Shown: positions 63,615-64,000 of the stretch, piece by piece | Layout: the number at the start of each line of letters is the position of its first letter | Position numbering within the stretch: position 1 is the stretch's first letter | Assembly: GCA_934096405.1 (NCBI GenBank) | Contig: CAKOLW010000003.1 | Span: 3,282 to 67,281 of the forward strand | Length of the DNA: 64,000 nucleotides | Source of the DNA: an uncultured Bacilli bacterium | GTDB taxonomy: Bacteria > Bacillota_I > Bacilli_A > RF39 > UBA660 | Reading direction: 5' to 3' | Translations under genes and position numbers: made by a program | The notes under the pieces: generated by a model | What the model saw: only the letters and a program-made list of their open reading frames with translations | Database searches by the model: none | What the model was told of the DNA's origin: nothing

Positions 63615-64000
63615 ATGAAGAAAACTATAATTATCTTATTAGTATGTATTTTGCTTAGTATTAGTACCTTTTTCGGCGTCAGTAGAAGTATTAAAATTGA
63701 TTATTTAACTACTAAAGATAACTTAAAGAATGTATTAGATAATCTTTATAATACTTTTGATATGAAAGATTTTTACTTTCAAAGTACAGATAAATTTAAT
63801 TGTAATGAAAAAGAATGTAAATCTAGTATTTTTAATAATATAGGTATTCTTTCATATTCTGAGCTTAAAAGTTATTTATATAATGATAATCCATATTTTG
63901 TATTGGATGATAATGTAATTAGAAATGTTAAATCTACTAATCTTGTTGAAGATATTAATAGTACTACTTCTAGTCGTGTTAGATCAACATTAAATGTTAG
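63615..64000 (+). CDS. Paralog P9 (partial, runs off the right edge): TM anchor plus the P6/P7-type N-terminal mini-module
   Basis: Not in the track. ATG at 63615 follows GGAGG. My translation is MKKTIIILLVCILLSISTFFG...FNCNEKECKSSIFNNIGILSYSELKSYLYNDNPYFVLDDN...SSRVRSTLNV. This parallels P6 FNCNSGGCTSLDNFKNIGFLTKYEYDLIGG...SGIRPTVYLN. Confidence 0.6.
   Translation, partial: MKKTIIILLVCILLSISTFFGVSRSIKIDYLTTKDNLKNVLDNLYNTFDMKDFYFQSTDKFNCNEKECKSSIFNNIGILSYSELKSYLYNDNPYFVLDDNVIRNVKSTNLVEDINSTTSSRVRSTLNV

Noticed and set aside
1-64000. Search for rRNA, tRNA, CRISPR arrays, transposases, integrases, reverse transcriptase (DGR) or phage blocks that could explain the dispersal and variability of the paralog family
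   Set aside because: I saw none. There are no regularly spaced repeat-spacer arrays, no cloverleaf-like GC-rich islands, no DDE, serine or tyrosine recombinase motifs and no RT motifs. A computational scan should confirm this.

Overview
This is a very AT-rich chromosomal window from a low-GC Gram-positive bacterium (Bacillota). TGA, TAA and TAG all act as stops and TGG encodes Trp, so the standard code applies. Spore formation is inferred from a CotZ/CotY-like gene, an orphan histidine kinase and Spo0A-box-like repeats. Most genes are ordinary housekeeping genes on the + strand: rimP-nusA-ylxR-infB-rbfA, uvrC, holA, polC, rsmE-mtaB, cysS, aspS, infC-rpmI-rplT, eno, ileS, queA, dnaG-rpoD-trmK and topA. 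I also see two T-box leaders (Asp and Ile), an L20-type leader and a DinJ/YafQ toxin-antitoxin pair. I found no rRNA, tRNA, CRISPR array, transposase or integrase. The standout feature is a dispersed family of large secreted or surface proteins that I cannot assign to a characterised family. There are 8 complete copies and 1 partial copy, about 14.4 kb or roughly 22% of the window, inserted between the housekeeping operons. The 8 complete copies share a conserved core of about 300 aa (LRDNPTxSERT, NNWVKFG, YWRIIRTNEDGSxRLLY, YVGYMYG, AIYCNDRS, YPIALMTxDExxFAG, WWxxSP, VRPVISLxSCxKxxGTGTxxDPYVVDExxSTC). This core is fused to three different N-terminal export modules: a type IV prepilin leader, a TasA/SipW-type signal plus beta-sandwich-like domain, or a TM anchor plus a mini-copy of the C-terminal module. 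The partial ninth copy (window edge) shows only that TM anchor and mini-module; its core, if present, lies beyond the window. The copies are mosaic, carry a hypervariable Cys-rich insertion site, and include one tandem pair with about 970 bp of near-identical 5' sequence. Two copies carry a conserved leader of about 185 nt with a short ORF, a poly-G tract read as GGG-GGG codons, and two terminator-like hairpins. Secondary observations include a self-contained small-gene unit with 5'/3' pairing convergent with the rbfA terminator. Others are a frameshifted ToxN/AbiQ-like gene behind a promoter-to-terminator noncoding unit, an L20 protein with a Rho_N-like C-terminal extension, a truncated RimP, and infC with a probable AUA start.
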